61,773 nucleotides of DNA from an uncultured bacterium (GCA_949284155.1 CASDVD010000024.1:1-61773), one strand, 5' to 3'. Shown: positions 9,065 through 18,674, counted from the stretch's first letter. Numbers and translations: made by a program. Notes: a model not told the origin generated them from the letters alone.

Positions 9065-10825
9065 ATGAGTGATATAAAAACATTAACAGTAAACGGAAAG
9101 GTCGTAGAGTTTACCGATGAACCTAATCTTCTTGAGGTAATAAGAAAAGCCGGTTTTTCGGTGCCGACATTTTGTTACAGACCTGATTTGACTCAATTTG
9201 GCGCATGCAGAATGTGTGTTGTTGAAATTGACGGACGAGGTATCCAATCTTCTTGTACAATGCCGCCCGAGCCGGGTTTGGTAGTCCATACCAATACTGC
9301 AAGAACGAGAAGAATAAGAAAGACTGTTCTTGAACTTCTTCTTGCTAATCATGACAGAGAATGTACAACCTGTGAAAAATCCGGTAACTGTGAATTACAA
9401 CAATATGCCGAAGAATATGGAATCAAGGATGTGTCTAAATATGTCCAAAAGAAAAAAGAGGACTATCTGCCTATAGATGACACAAATCCTTCAATTGTGC
9501 GTGACCCGAACAAATGTATTCTGTGCGGGGCATGCGTCAGAGCTTGTTCTGAATTTCAGGGTCATGCAGTTCTGGGTTTTGCAAATCGTGGTTCTAACAC
9601 TGTTGTGCAGCCTATGGCAGGGAAACATCTTGCAAATGTAGATTGTGTATTTTGCGGGCAATGTCAGGCAGTTTGCCCGACAGGCGCATTGACTATCAAA
9701 TCTGAGGTAAACAATGTATGGTCGCTGGTTACTAATCCTGAGAAAAAAGTTGTCGCTCAGATAGCACCTTCAGTGAGAGTTGCTCTCGGCGAGATGTTTG
9801 GACTTGAACCGGGTGAAAACTCAATATCAAAAATAGATACTGCATTAAGAGAAATTGGCTTTGACCTTGTATTTGATACGAATTTTTCTGCTGACCTTAC
9901 GATTATGGAAGAGGCGTATGAGTTTGTCCAAAGACTGAAGGCCGGTGAAAATTTGCCGCTGTTTACTTCTTGCTGCCCGGCATGGGTTAGATATTTGGAA
10001 ACACAGCATCCTGACATGCTGAATCATCTTTCCAGCTGTAAATCACCGCAGGGCATGCTATCTCCTGTCTTAAAAGAGCTTGTTCCAAAATATTTTGACG
10101 GCTATACAAAAGAAAATATGGTCGTTGTTTCAATTATGCCATGTACTGCTAAAAAGGTAGAGGCGAAACGTTATCAGCTGTTTGGCGAAACTGATGTTGT
10201 AATGACAACGCAGGAATTAGGAAAAATGATAAAATCTGCAGGAATCGATTTTAATTCATTAGAACCGTCAAAACCTGATTCTCCGTTTGGTGAATATTCC
10301 GGTGCAGGTACGATTTTCGGTGCATCAGGCGGTGTTGCCGAGGCTGCTGTCAGAACTGCTTATGAATTTGTGACAGGTGAAGAACTGAAAGATGTTGATA
10401 TCAAAGGTATGAGAGGTGTTGATAAAAACTCAAGAACCAAAGATGTTGAGCTGGATATAAAAGGTACCAAGGTTAAGGTCAGAGTCGTTTCAACTTTGAA
10501 AGAAGCAGAAAAATCAATTCAGGAAATAAAGAAAGGAACTGCTGATTTCCAAATGTTAGAGGTTATGGCTTGTCCGGGCGGATGTATCAATGGAGGCGGT
10601 CAGCCGAGAAGCTGTGATGACAGCAAAATCAAAGAAAAACGTGCTGCCGGTTTGTATAAAGAAGACAGAGAACTTCCTGTCAGACGTTCGCATGAAAATA
10701 GTGAAATCAAGAAGCTATATGCCGAATTTTTGCAAGCTCCAGGTTCACACAAAGCTCATGAGCTTTTGCATACTACATATGCTGATATGTTTGCAAATTC
10801 ATATAGAGATCTTGTTAAGAAATAA
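9065..10825 (+). CDS. hydA: [FeFe] hydrogenase catalytic subunit
   Basis: All three H-cluster motifs are present: FTSCCPAW, MPCTAKKVEA, EVMACPGGCINGGGQP. N-terminal 2Fe-2S plus 4Fe-4S ferredoxin modules. Confidence 0.92.
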   Translation: MSDIKTLTVNGKVVEFTDEPNLLEVIRKAGFSVPTFCYRPDLTQFGACRMCVVEIDGRGIQSSCTMPPEPGLVVHTNTARTRRIRKTVLELLLANHDRECTTCEKSGNCELQQYAEEYGIKDVSKYVQKKKEDYLPIDDTNPSIVRDPNKCILCGACVRACSEFQGHAVLGFANRGSNTVVQPMAGKHLANVDCVFCGQCQAVCPTGALTIKSEVNNVWSLVTNPEKKVVAQIAPSVRVALGEMFGLEPGENSISKIDTALREIGFDLVFDTNFSADLTIMEEAYEFVQRLKAGENLPLFTSCCPAWVRYLETQHPDMLNHLSSCKSPQGMLSPVLKELVPKYFDGYTKENMVVVSIMPCTAKKVEAKRYQLFGETDVVMTTQELGKMIKSAGIDFNSLEPSKPDSPFGEYSGAGTIFGASGGVAEAAVRTAYEFVTGEELKDVDIKGMRGVDKNSRTKDVELDIKGTKVKVRVVSTLKEAEKSIQEIKKGTADFQMLEVMACPGGCINGGGQPRSCDDSKIKEKRAAGLYKEDRELPVRRSHENSEIKKLYAEFLQAPGSHKAHELLHTTYADMFANSYRDLVKK

Positions 10826-10840
10826 CGGGATAATTCGCAT

Positions 10841-10869
10841 AAAAAAAGCACCGGAAACGGTGCTTTTTT
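10841..10869. terminator. Bidirectional rho-independent terminator between hydA and the convergent amidase-like gene
   Basis: A7-GCACCG-GAAA-CGGTGC-T6. Confidence 0.7.
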
Positions 10870-10885
10870 ATGCGTGATGTAAAAA

Positions 10886-11548
10886 TTATTGAAATTTTTT
10901 GACAATTTGTTCAGCGACAGCAATTGCAGATGCGGGATTTTGTCCGGTTATTAAATTATCTGTAACAACTACATGTTCTGACCATGGCTTAGCTTCTATG
11001 AAATTTGCCCCGAGTTCTTTTAGTCTGTCTTCCAGAGAAAAGGGTATAAGCTCAGCTTTTTTTACAATTTTTTCTTCTTTGTTTGTGAAAGATGTGACTT
11101 TTTTACCTTGCACAATAGGGCTACCGTCTTTATCTTTTGCTAAAACCAGTCCTGCAGGCCCGTGACAAACGGCGCTGACTATTTTGCCGGTGTTATAAAA
11201 ATCTGAGACGATTTTGCCGATTGTTTCATTTTGGGCAATATCGAACATAGGCCCGTGTCCGCCCGGGAAAAAAATTGCGTCAAATTGAGTATAGACGAGT
11301 TCATCGACTTTCTTTGTGTTTTTTAAATATTTTGCGGCTTCATCCCATTCCATTGGATTTGAACAAGAAAGGCTGTTTTCATCAATGGGACTTTCTCCTC
11401 CAAGCGGGCTTGCAACGGTAATGTCATACCCGGTTTTCTCAAATATTATATAAGGTACTGCAAATTCTTCCAGCCAAACACCGGTTGGGGTTCCATCTGC
11501 CAGGCCGGAGGTGTTTGTCGTAATGATTAAAATTTTCTTTTTTCCCAT
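10886..11548 (-). CDS. DJ-1/PfpI-family type 1 glutamine amidotransferase-like protein
   Basis: Nucleophile-elbow context AVCHGPAGL, FFPGGHGPMFD and ITGQNPASA, typical of Hsp31/DJ-1-like proteins. Confidence 0.75.
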   Translation of the reverse strand: MGKKKILIITTNTSGLADGTPTGVWLEEFAVPYIIFEKTGYDITVASPLGGESPIDENSLSCSNPMEWDEAAKYLKNTKKVDELVYTQFDAIFFPGGHGPMFDIAQNETIGKIVSDFYNTGKIVSAVCHGPAGLVLAKDKDGSPIVQGKKVTSFTNKEEKIVKKAELIPFSLEDRLKELGANFIEAKPWSEHVVVTDNLITGQNPASAIAVAEQIVKKFQ

Positions 11549-11767
11549 TTTCGTATCTCCTCAATTTATAAAATAATACTATACCTTTTAATCAGATTCA
11601 TTACCTGATACGACGTTCTGAGATGTAATTTAGAATTTTCCGGAAGAAAAATTGTTATTGACATGTAAAAATTGCTGTAATCAATATGCTGTGCTGCTGT
11701 TCATGGTATTGATATTGACAGACTGTTGTATTATAGTATATCTATAGGTTAAATTTTGGAGAAAAAG

Positions 11768-12010
11768 ATGACTCAGATTATAAAAGTTGCATGGGAACTC
11801 AATGAGAATTGCGAAAATCGGTATCAGCTTGTATATGAGATAGCTGAACTTGCAAAGAAACTTGTTGATGAGTACCAGATGAAAAAACCCAAAGATGAGC
11901 TCGGTTATGAAGAGTTCGGCTTTGATAATACTATTAAAAAAGAAAATCCGATTGAACATGCTATTATGGTTAAAGCTTCTGAGGCTGATGAAAGCAGATT
12001 GGTCGGCTAA
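11768..12010 (+). CDS. rpoZ: Probable RNA polymerase omega subunit (cyanobacterial-like)
   Basis: NRYQLVYEIAELAKKL resembles the omega core NRY/F-x-L/I-x(4)-A-x-RA-x-x. Start moved to the ATG at 11768, which has GGAG 5-6 nt upstream. Small acidic C-terminus. Confidence 0.5.
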   Translation: MTQIIKVAWELNENCENRYQLVYEIAELAKKLVDEYQMKKPKDELGYEEFGFDNTIKKENPIEHAIMVKASEADESRLVG

Positions 12011-12054
12011 TTTAAGTACACTTATATGTTAATATAAGTTAAATAGATTAAAAA

Positions 12055-12082
12055 AGAATCCGTTAATCGGGTTCTTTTTTTA
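12055..12082 (+). terminator. Rho-independent terminator after rpoZ
   Basis: AGAATCCG-TTAAT-CGGGTTCT stem (one G-U pair) followed by a T-run. Confidence 0.6.
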
Positions 12083-12095
12083 TTATATGCAAAAT

Positions 12096-12124
12096 AAAAA
12101 GCCCGTTAAAAACGGGCTTTTTAT
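12096..12124. terminator. Bidirectional terminator (serves rpsT on the minus strand)
   Basis: A-run, GCCCGTT / AACGGGC stem, then T-run. Confidence 0.65.
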
Positions 12125-12142
12125 TTGAAAAAATCTTTTTAA

Positions 12143-12412
12143 CTATTTTGCAATTAATTTATTAGCAGCAACAGTTACTCTTGATTTTTTTCTGGAAGCT
12201 GTATTTTTGTGCAAAACACCTTTAGAAACTGCCTTGTCGCAAAGTTTATAAACATGGCTCAAAGCTGGTTTCATAGCTTCTTCATTTTTGGCCTGTGCTA
12301 ATTCAAGAACTTTTCTGATAGCAGTTTTGATTTCAGATTTTACAGCAACATTTTTCAATCTGTTTCTTTCAGCTATTAGAACTCTTTTTTTAGCGGATTT
12401 AATATTTGCCAT
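12143..12412 (-). CDS. rpsT: 30S ribosomal protein S20
   Basis: MANIKSAKKRVLIAERNRLKN is the canonical bS20 N-terminus. 89 aa, basic. Confidence 0.92.
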   Translation of the reverse strand: MANIKSAKKRVLIAERNRLKNVAVKSEIKTAIRKVLELAQAKNEEAMKPALSHVYKLCDKAVSKGVLHKNTASRKKSRVTVAANKLIAK

Positions 12413-12519
12413 TGTTTTTTCCTTTCATAATGCATATTTTTTAGGATGTATTATCCAAATCTGCATTGAGGATGGTGAGTAAGTTTATTATAACGTCTAA
12501 AATTTGAAAAACAAGAGAT

Positions 12520-12894
12520 TTATTTCAGAGAGTTAGTTTCGATATATTTATCAATTAGTGAAAATATCTCATCGAGCCTGGAGCGGTTATATAAATGGAG
12601 GTATCCTATCAAGGCCTCAAAGCCTGTCGCCAGTCTGTGCAGAGACTGATTTATTCGCCTTGCGGAGGATGAAGGGATATTTCTTCCTCTCCTTATTATG
12701 TCTTTTTCTTTTTCAGTCAGAAATGGTTCAAGATATTCTAATAGCCGGCATTGATAAGAAGCGCACACAAATGAGGTATTAATTTTGTGAAGTTTTGAAA
12801 GATTTGTTGTCATATGAATAATTTTTTCACGTACAAATACTTCAAAAACCGCATCCCCCAAATGTGCACAGCATTTTAGATTCATTTCTTCCAT
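12520..12894 (-). CDS. mrnC: Mini-ribonuclease 3
   Basis: AHLGDAVFEVFVRE, RRGRN and ATGFEALIGYLHL match Mini-III (RNase III-like domain without a dsRBD). Confidence 0.8.
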   Translation of the reverse strand: MEEMNLKCCAHLGDAVFEVFVREKIIHMTTNLSKLHKINTSFVCASYQCRLLEYLEPFLTEKEKDIIRRGRNIPSSSARRINQSLHRLATGFEALIGYLHLYNRSRLDEIFSLIDKYIETNSLK

Positions 12895-13096
12895 TTGTAT
12901 ATTATAACTTAGGTTTATTTTAAATGGAAGAAGGAGTTAACTGGACTTATATACAACTTTACACCAAATATATTCGAAATATAGCTGTAATTTCATTTTG
13001 AACTTGTTGCTGAATCTTACCGGTGTTAAGACATAGAAACTGGTTCAGGGGGAGGATTTTGGCTTTTTTAGGGTAAACTGCGATATAAGTTTCGAG

Positions 13097-14170
13097 TTAA
13101 CACCTAAAATCTTTGTACAGGCTAATTTTTTTTCTTCTAAATCCCTTTGAGGATGAAATAGTCCGTCCGATTTGTATAATTTTTCTGCTGATATCCTCTT
13201 TACATCCTGTCGGCGAGTCATTGACTGCAATTTTTCCGGGGTACAGGGTATACTGTGCTCTGTAGGGGCCTTCTGTTACATTCGGCATAACTACGTTTGC
13301 ACCGCTTTGAAGAGCCAAAATCCTTCCGTTGGGATGCAGAGTTTCCATTGCTGTTGTTGCCGGTATATTAATGTCAGGTAATAATAATCTGGTAACAGCC
13401 ATTACTTTAAGAGCCAATTCAAGAGTTCCGCCTGCTGCATCTTTTAGCGGTGTATCTTCACACGGGATAAACGGCCCTATGCCAATCATATCTGCATTTA
13501 TTTCTTTAAAGAATAAGATATCATCAGCAAGTGAATCTATGGTCTGTCCGGGCAATCCTACAAGACAGCCCGTACCTGTTTCATATCCAAGTTCTTTTAA
13601 ATTTAATATGCATTTTTTTCGATTTTCTATATCCATACGAGGATGCATAGTTTTATATAACTTTGGGTCGGTTGTTTCAATTCTAATCAGATATCTGTCA
13701 GCGCCGGCTTCTTTGTAAGCTTTGTATTCTTCATAGCTTTTTTCACCGATGCTTAGTGTTACAGCTGTATTCAGATTCTTAATTTTTGTTATGATGCTGC
13801 ACATTTTATCTGTTGAAAAATAAGAATCTTCGCCGGACTGCAGAACTATTGTTTTAAAACCGTTAGATACTGCATGTTTTGCAAATAAAAAAATCTCATC
13901 TTCTGAAAGTCTGTATCTTTGTACATTTTGTTTATCTTTTCTTATTCCGCAGTATAGACAATTTTGTTTGCAAATGTTCGAAAATTCAATCAAACCTCTA
14001 AGGTGAACTTCGTCTCCTACAAATTTTTTTCTGATATTATCAGCTGCTTTGAATAATTCAAAAGGTGCTTCTAAAAGCAGTATTTTAATCTCTTCTTTGC
14101 TAAGCGAATGAGTTAGCTGTGCTTTGTTCAGGATTTCTTTCATATTTTTAATATAACACAGCTGATTCAT
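13097..14170 (-). CDS. hydE: [FeFe] hydrogenase maturase HydE (radical SAM)
   Basis: IEFSNICKQNCLYCGIRKDKQNVQRYRL is the HydE-type CxxxCxxC context, with a biotin-synthase-like fold. The start could be the internal MKEILNKAQL. Confidence 0.8.
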   Translation of the reverse strand: MNQLCYIKNMKEILNKAQLTHSLSKEEIKILLLEAPFELFKAADNIRKKFVGDEVHLRGLIEFSNICKQNCLYCGIRKDKQNVQRYRLSEDEIFLFAKHAVSNGFKTIVLQSGEDSYFSTDKMCSIITKIKNLNTAVTLSIGEKSYEEYKAYKEAGADRYLIRIETTDPKLYKTMHPRMDIENRKKCILNLKELGYETGTGCLVGLPGQTIDSLADDILFFKEINADMIGIGPFIPCEDTPLKDAAGGTLELALKVMAVTRLLLPDINIPATTAMETLHPNGRILALQSGANVVMPNVTEGPYRAQYTLYPGKIAVNDSPTGCKEDISRKIIQIGRTISSSKGFRRKKISLYKDFRC

Positions 14171-14270
14171 TTTTCATTAGAGATTGGTTTAAATTTGCCG
14201 GTAGGATATTAATGTTTCAATATTACTATTGAGGTGACATGAGTGTGTGTATTGTTGTATCATAATAATT

Positions 14271-14675
14271 ATGAATTCAGTACGTGATATTTGTAATAAA
14301 TATAATATTGATTATCAATTTATAAAATTTCTTTTTGTAGGAGCAATAAATACTCTTTTTTCTTACAGTGTATATTCTTTATTTCTGTTTCTGGGGATGC
14401 ATTATGCTTTTGCGGCAATTGCTTCTACTGTTCTGGGGGTGCTTTTTAATTTTAAAACAACCGGAACGATTGTTTTTAAGAATAAAGACAATACTTTAAT
14501 ATTTAAATTTATTGGTGTTTATTGCATAACCTGTTCGTTGAATATATTGCTGTTAAGGTTTTTTGATGCGTTTAATTTTAATATGTATGCTGCCGGTGCG
14601 ATATTGGTGCTGCCGATTGCGATGGTGTCATATATTTTAATGAAGAAGTTAGTATTTTTCGGAAAAAGTGCATAA
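14271..14675 (+). CDS. GtrA-family membrane protein
   Basis: FIKFLFVGAINTLFSYSVYSLFLF plus four hydrophobic helices. Start moved from the GTG at 14247 to the ATG at 14271. Confidence 0.7.
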   Translation: MNSVRDICNKYNIDYQFIKFLFVGAINTLFSYSVYSLFLFLGMHYAFAAIASTVLGVLFNFKTTGTIVFKNKDNTLIFKFIGVYCITCSLNILLLRFFDAFNFNMYAAGAILVLPIAMVSYILMKKLVFFGKSA

Positions 14676-14676
14676 T

Positions 14677-15615
14677 ATGAAAAAGATAAGTATTGTTTCA
14701 GGTTGTTATAATGAAAAAGATAATGTCAGAGAGTTATGTCAAAGACTTCATAATGTCATGTCGGGATTTGAAAATAAATACCTGTATGAAATTATTATAA
14801 TAGATAACTGTTCTAATGACGGAACTGTTGACATACTGAGAGAAATGGCAGATGAAGATAAAAGGGTTAAAATTATATTGAATGCACGAAATTTTGGGCA
14901 TATTCGTTCTCCGTATTACGGAATAATTAATGCTCATGGTGATGCAGTTATATATATGGCGTCTGATTTGCAGGACCCTCCGGAATTAATACCGGAATTT
15001 ATAAAAAAATGGGAGGAAGGATATAAAATTGTTCTGGCTCAAAAAAACAAATCTGAAGAATCTGCTGTTATGTCGTTTATCAGAAAATCTTTCTATTCTC
15101 TGTTAAAATGTATATCGGATGATGAAACTGAGCTTGTAAAAAATTATACGGGATTTGGTTTGTATGATAGGAAAGTAATTGACACAGCCAGAATGATTGA
15201 TGATCCTTATCCATACTTCAGAGGGTTAATTTCCGAGATAGGTTTTGAGCGGGCATTAGTGGAATTCACTCAGCCTGTCAGGAAAAAAGGTAAAACTAAA
15301 AATAATTTTTATACATTGTATGACAATGCGATGATAGGTATCGTAAAACATTCAAAAGTTCCGTTGCGGCTGATGACTTTTGCCGGATTTGTATTGTCTG
15401 CATTGAGTATGGCTGTTGCTGTAGGGTATTTTACGTATAAGTTATTGTTCTGGGACAGATTCAATCTCGGTATTGCTCCTGTTGTTATCGGGTTATTCTT
15501 TTTTGCTTCCGTCCAGTTATTTTCTCTCGGTATTATAGGTGAATATGTAGGAGCAATATACACACGTGTAAACAAAAAACCGCTGGTTGTTGAAAAAGAA
15601 CGTATAAATTTTTAG
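14677..15615 (+). CDS. Polyprenyl-phosphate glycosyltransferase (GT2, ArnC/DPM1-like)
   Basis: ISIVSGCYNEKDNV ... IIIDNCSNDGT ... MASDLQDPPE plus two C-terminal TM helices. The usual partner of GtrA. Confidence 0.85.
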   Translation: MKKISIVSGCYNEKDNVRELCQRLHNVMSGFENKYLYEIIIIDNCSNDGTVDILREMADEDKRVKIILNARNFGHIRSPYYGIINAHGDAVIYMASDLQDPPELIPEFIKKWEEGYKIVLAQKNKSEESAVMSFIRKSFYSLLKCISDDETELVKNYTGFGLYDRKVIDTARMIDDPYPYFRGLISEIGFERALVEFTQPVRKKGKTKNNFYTLYDNAMIGIVKHSKVPLRLMTFAGFVLSALSMAVAVGYFTYKLLFWDRFNLGIAPVVIGLFFFASVQLFSLGIIGEYVGAIYTRVNKKPLVVEKERINF

Positions 15616-15734
15616 GCAGATTCTAAATTATATGCTTTAGAAAAAAATAACCGGCCGGTTTTCTATTGACTCGGCGGATAAATAAAAATTTAAAAAGATA
15701 AATAATTAACTCTGGAAACATAAAGGAGGTAATT

Positions 15735-15956
15735 ATGTATCGATTTTTACGTAATGCATCATATATTCTTGTTTTAATTGGTGCATTGAACTGGGGTCTG
15801 GTCGGAATGTTTGGTTTTGACCTGATTGCATATTTATTTGGAATAATGACGCCTTTGACACGTATTCTGTATGGTCTGGTAGGTTTAAGTGCAATTGTTT
15901 CAGCGGTAACAATGTATACTGAGCATACTGAGGACTGCTGCGGTTGTGAGTTCTAA
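15735..15956 (+). CDS. DUF378-family small membrane protein
   Basis: LIGALNWGLVGMFGFDLIAYLFG signature. Strong AAAGGAGG RBS. Confidence 0.75.
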   Translation: MYRFLRNASYILVLIGALNWGLVGMFGFDLIAYLFGIMTPLTRILYGLVGLSAIVSAVTMYTEHTEDCCGCEF

Positions 15957-15960
15957 ATAT

Positions 15961-16389
15961 ATGCCAAGGATGTCTTTGATTGAAATTTCAAAAAAAACAA
16001 CTGATTTTAAGACTTATCTTTCGGCATTAATATTGTCTGGTGTAGCCGATATTTTGACAGAAAGCAGCGGTTACACTCTGTTTGTGCCGTCTGATGAGGC
16101 TTTTGACAGTTTGGATAAAAATTTATATAGCGAAATTTTTTCAAAGAATAAACTTCATCAATTAAAACTGCTGTTAAAAAATCATATAGTCAAAGGAAAA
16201 TATGATGCGTTGGATTTGGAAGAGGTGAAAGAACTCAGGACTCTTGAAGGAAATACGTTGCATCTTGGAGAATACAATGGGGTTATTTATGTTGAAAATG
16301 CAAAAATAATCAATGAAGATATAGAAACAAAAGATGGGATGGTTCAGATTATAGATGAAGTTCTTATACCGGATTCAATGCTAAAATAG
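15961..16389 (+). CDS. Fasciclin (FAS1) domain protein
   Basis: TLFVPSDEAFDSL ... NHIVKGKY ... VQIIDEVLIP motifs. Start ambiguous (GTG 15946, ATG 15961 or ATG 15970). No obvious signal peptide. Confidence 0.7.
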   Translation: MPRMSLIEISKKTTDFKTYLSALILSGVADILTESSGYTLFVPSDEAFDSLDKNLYSEIFSKNKLHQLKLLLKNHIVKGKYDALDLEEVKELRTLEGNTLHLGEYNGVIYVENAKIINEDIETKDGMVQIIDEVLIPDSMLK

Positions 16390-16394
16390 CACCT

Positions 16395-16425
16395 GAAAAG
16401 GGGGGACTAATATGTTCCCCTTTTC
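16395..16425 (+). terminator. Hairpin terminator candidate
   Basis: GAAAAGGGG ... CCCCTTTTC 9-bp stem with a 13-nt loop and a weak U-tract. Confidence 0.4.
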
Positions 16426-16511
16426 ATTAGTCTTTTATCTGCCTGTCAGAGCGAGGTTTTTTTTCACCGGTCTGTATATAATGGGCACAGTAGTTATTAA
16501 TAAGGGTTTTT

Positions 16512-17537
16512 ATGGAAAAAATAATATTTTTTGATGTTGAAGATTATGAGCGTGAGTTTTTACAGAAAAATTGTGAGGGAAAATATAATTATATTTTCGT
16601 ATCAGAGCCGCTGAATGATTTAAAGCCTGTGCCTGAGGAATATTCGGATGTACGGATTATCTCTTGTTTTACAAACTCAAGAGTCAATAAGGAAGTTTTG
16701 GCGCAATTTCCCCGTCTTAAGCTTATTGCACTTCGTTCAGTAGGTTTTAATCATGTTGACATAAGTTATTGTAAGGAGCATGGTATTGCTGTTGAAACTA
16801 CGCCTAACTATGGAAATGACAGTGTTGCAGAGTTTGCGATAGGTCTTTTGCTGGATGTTGCAAGAAAAATTACACGTTCTTATATTAACTTGAAAAATCA
16901 GGAAGTTAATCCGATTGCAAGTGTCGGTTTTGAGCTTGCAGGAAAGACCATGGGCATTGTCGGATTAGGTAAAATCGGGTCAGAAATGGCAAGACTGGCC
17001 AAAGGGTTTGATATGAAAATTCTCGGATATGATATCAAAGAGAATATAGAACTTGAAGAAAAATACGGAGTAGAGTATACAACATTTCATAATCTTCTTG
17101 AAAAGTCTGATGTGATTTCTCTGCATTCGCCTCTTACTGCTGAGAATCTGCACCTATTTAACAAAGAAACTTTTAAAAAAATGAAAAACAATGCGATTCT
17201 AATTAATACAGCAAGAGGTGAACTAATTGAGACACAAGCACTATATAACGCCCTGGCGGCAAAAGAAATTGCAGGTGCAGGACTGGATGTGCTTGAATGT
17301 GAAGAAACACTCTCTAATCCTGACTATCTTGATGATATTGATCGTTTGAACGACAACTACCTTAGAAAAACTCTTCTTAACAACAGGATTCTTAATTTGG
17401 ATAATGCTATTGTTACTCCGCATATTGCCTATGACACAACAGAGGCAATACATAGAATTTTGAACACAACTATGGAAAATATTGCCGCATTTATCAATGG
17501 TAAAATTCAAAATAATATTATTGAAGAATTAAGCTAG
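16512..17537 (+). CDS. D-isomer-specific 2-hydroxyacid dehydrogenase (D-lactate/glycerate dehydrogenase-like)
   Basis: NAD-binding GIVGLGKIGSEMARLAKGFDMKILGYD. Catalytic region INTARG ... AGAGLDV ... TPHIA. Confidence 0.85.
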   Translation: MEKIIFFDVEDYEREFLQKNCEGKYNYIFVSEPLNDLKPVPEEYSDVRIISCFTNSRVNKEVLAQFPRLKLIALRSVGFNHVDISYCKEHGIAVETTPNYGNDSVAEFAIGLLLDVARKITRSYINLKNQEVNPIASVGFELAGKTMGIVGLGKIGSEMARLAKGFDMKILGYDIKENIELEEKYGVEYTTFHNLLEKSDVISLHSPLTAENLHLFNKETFKKMKNNAILINTARGELIETQALYNALAAKEIAGAGLDVLECEETLSNPDYLDDIDRLNDNYLRKTLLNNRILNLDNAIVTPHIAYDTTEAIHRILNTTMENIAAFINGKIQNNIIEELS

Positions 17538-18575
17538 AGAATACCAGGCTCCTCTTGTTTTTCCGTGCTTTTCAATAATTTTGTTTTCTGTCATTGATGC
17601 CAGATGTTTTTTTACTGTATTAATATTAGTTTTTGTTGTTTTTGCTACTTCGGAGATAGTTATTCTGTCCGACTTTTCAAGCAGTTTTACAATTTTAATC
17701 TGTAATTCCGGCAAATCAGTGTATTTTCCTGCCGGTTTTTGAAGCCTTTTTTCTGTTGTTTTTGGTGCTTCCTTTATTACAGGTGTAATATCTTCTGTTT
17801 TTTCTAATAAATTTAGAGCATGTTTTTGTAAAATTTTTAAATAAACTGTATTCCAAAATTCGAATTCAAGCTCTTCTTCATCATCCATTGCACTTTCATA
17901 TACAGTTTCATACAGGCCGTATTCTTCTTTTATAGTCATATCTAAAGAGAAATTCGGAAGGTAAGAATAGCCGGATTTTAGCATAATCAGCATTGTCAAA
18001 ATTCTTGACAATCTGGAATTGGCACGTGGGTATACTTTAAGCTTAAGCAGTTCTGCGGCTACAATGCAGGTTATAAAAAGCGGATGCAGCTTTCGGCCCA
18101 ATAATTCCTGTCCTGCCCATTCAAGAACATCTTCAAGAGTATATTCCGGCAGTTTGCTGTTTTCTGTTGAACCGTCTGAATCTTCGTATAAATTTATACC
18201 GCCAAAAATTGCGCAGCTGCATTCGTTGTCTGCTGCTTTGGGTATTGAACAGCTTTTTTGTATTTCTGCGTCAGGCGGAAGATTTTCTATCATTCTGTAT
18301 ATTTTGTCTATTGTTTTTTCGGAAAGTATTATGGCCTCATAGTCGGCAAATATCCAATTGAGCGCCATAAGATATCCGGTCATGTCCGTTTCTTCTTCAT
18401 ATTTTAATACGTCAGAAACAGCAGAAATACTGGTCTTTATTGTGTTTTGCAAAGGCAGTAATTCGTCCGTATTGCAATACTTTTTAAAACAGTTCCAGTA
18501 TCCTCTGACCTCATCTATTTTTGAAATTAATAATAAAATCTCTTTTGTTATCTCAAATTTTGGCGCTTTATACAT
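17529..18575 (-). CDS. Fic-family-like protein with degenerate active site and C-terminal winged-helix domain
   Basis: HPLFITCIVAAELLKLKVYPRANSRLSRIL aligns to the Fic core HPL...IHPFxDGNGRxxR, but the His and GNGR are replaced. C-terminal ISEVAKTTKTNINTVKKHL wHTH. Start moved to the ATG at 18575 (GGAGAG RBS), because the track N-terminus is encoded by a tandem repeat. Confidence 0.6.
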   Translation of the reverse strand: MYKAPKFEITKEILLLISKIDEVRGYWNCFKKYCNTDELLPLQNTIKTSISAVSDVLKYEEETDMTGYLMALNWIFADYEAIILSEKTIDKIYRMIENLPPDAEIQKSCSIPKAADNECSCAIFGGINLYEDSDGSTENSKLPEYTLEDVLEWAGQELLGRKLHPLFITCIVAAELLKLKVYPRANSRLSRILTMLIMLKSGYSYLPNFSLDMTIKEEYGLYETVYESAMDDEEELEFEFWNTVYLKILQKHALNLLEKTEDITPVIKEAPKTTEKRLQKPAGKYTDLPELQIKIVKLLEKSDRITISEVAKTTKTNINTVKKHLASMTENKIIEKHGKTRGAWYSLA

Positions 18576-18597
18576 TTTCTCTCCGACCCGATAATAC

Positions 18598-18639
18598 CCA
18601 ATTATATTCCAATATATTCCAATATGTTCCAATTATATT
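18598..18639. repeat. Four tandem 10-11 bp repeats CCAAT(T)AT(A/G)TT
   Basis: Read directly as ccaattatatt ccaatatatt ccaatatgtt ccaattatatt. Lies immediately upstream of the Fic-like gene and downstream of nadE. Confidence 0.8.
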
Positions 18640-18674
18640 TTTGCTGATATTTAGAAAAAAGGCAAACTTTTAAC

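Noticed and set aside
13045-13230. 61-aa ORF overlapping the hydE 3' end.
   Set aside because: It overlaps hydE on the same strand in another frame, and it has no RBS or recognisable features.
18576-18632. N-terminal extension MEHIGIYWNIIGYYRVGEK of the Fic-like ORF.
   Set aside because: It is encoded by the tandem CCAATATATT repeats and has no RBS. The internal ATG at 18575 has GGAGAG at the proper distance.
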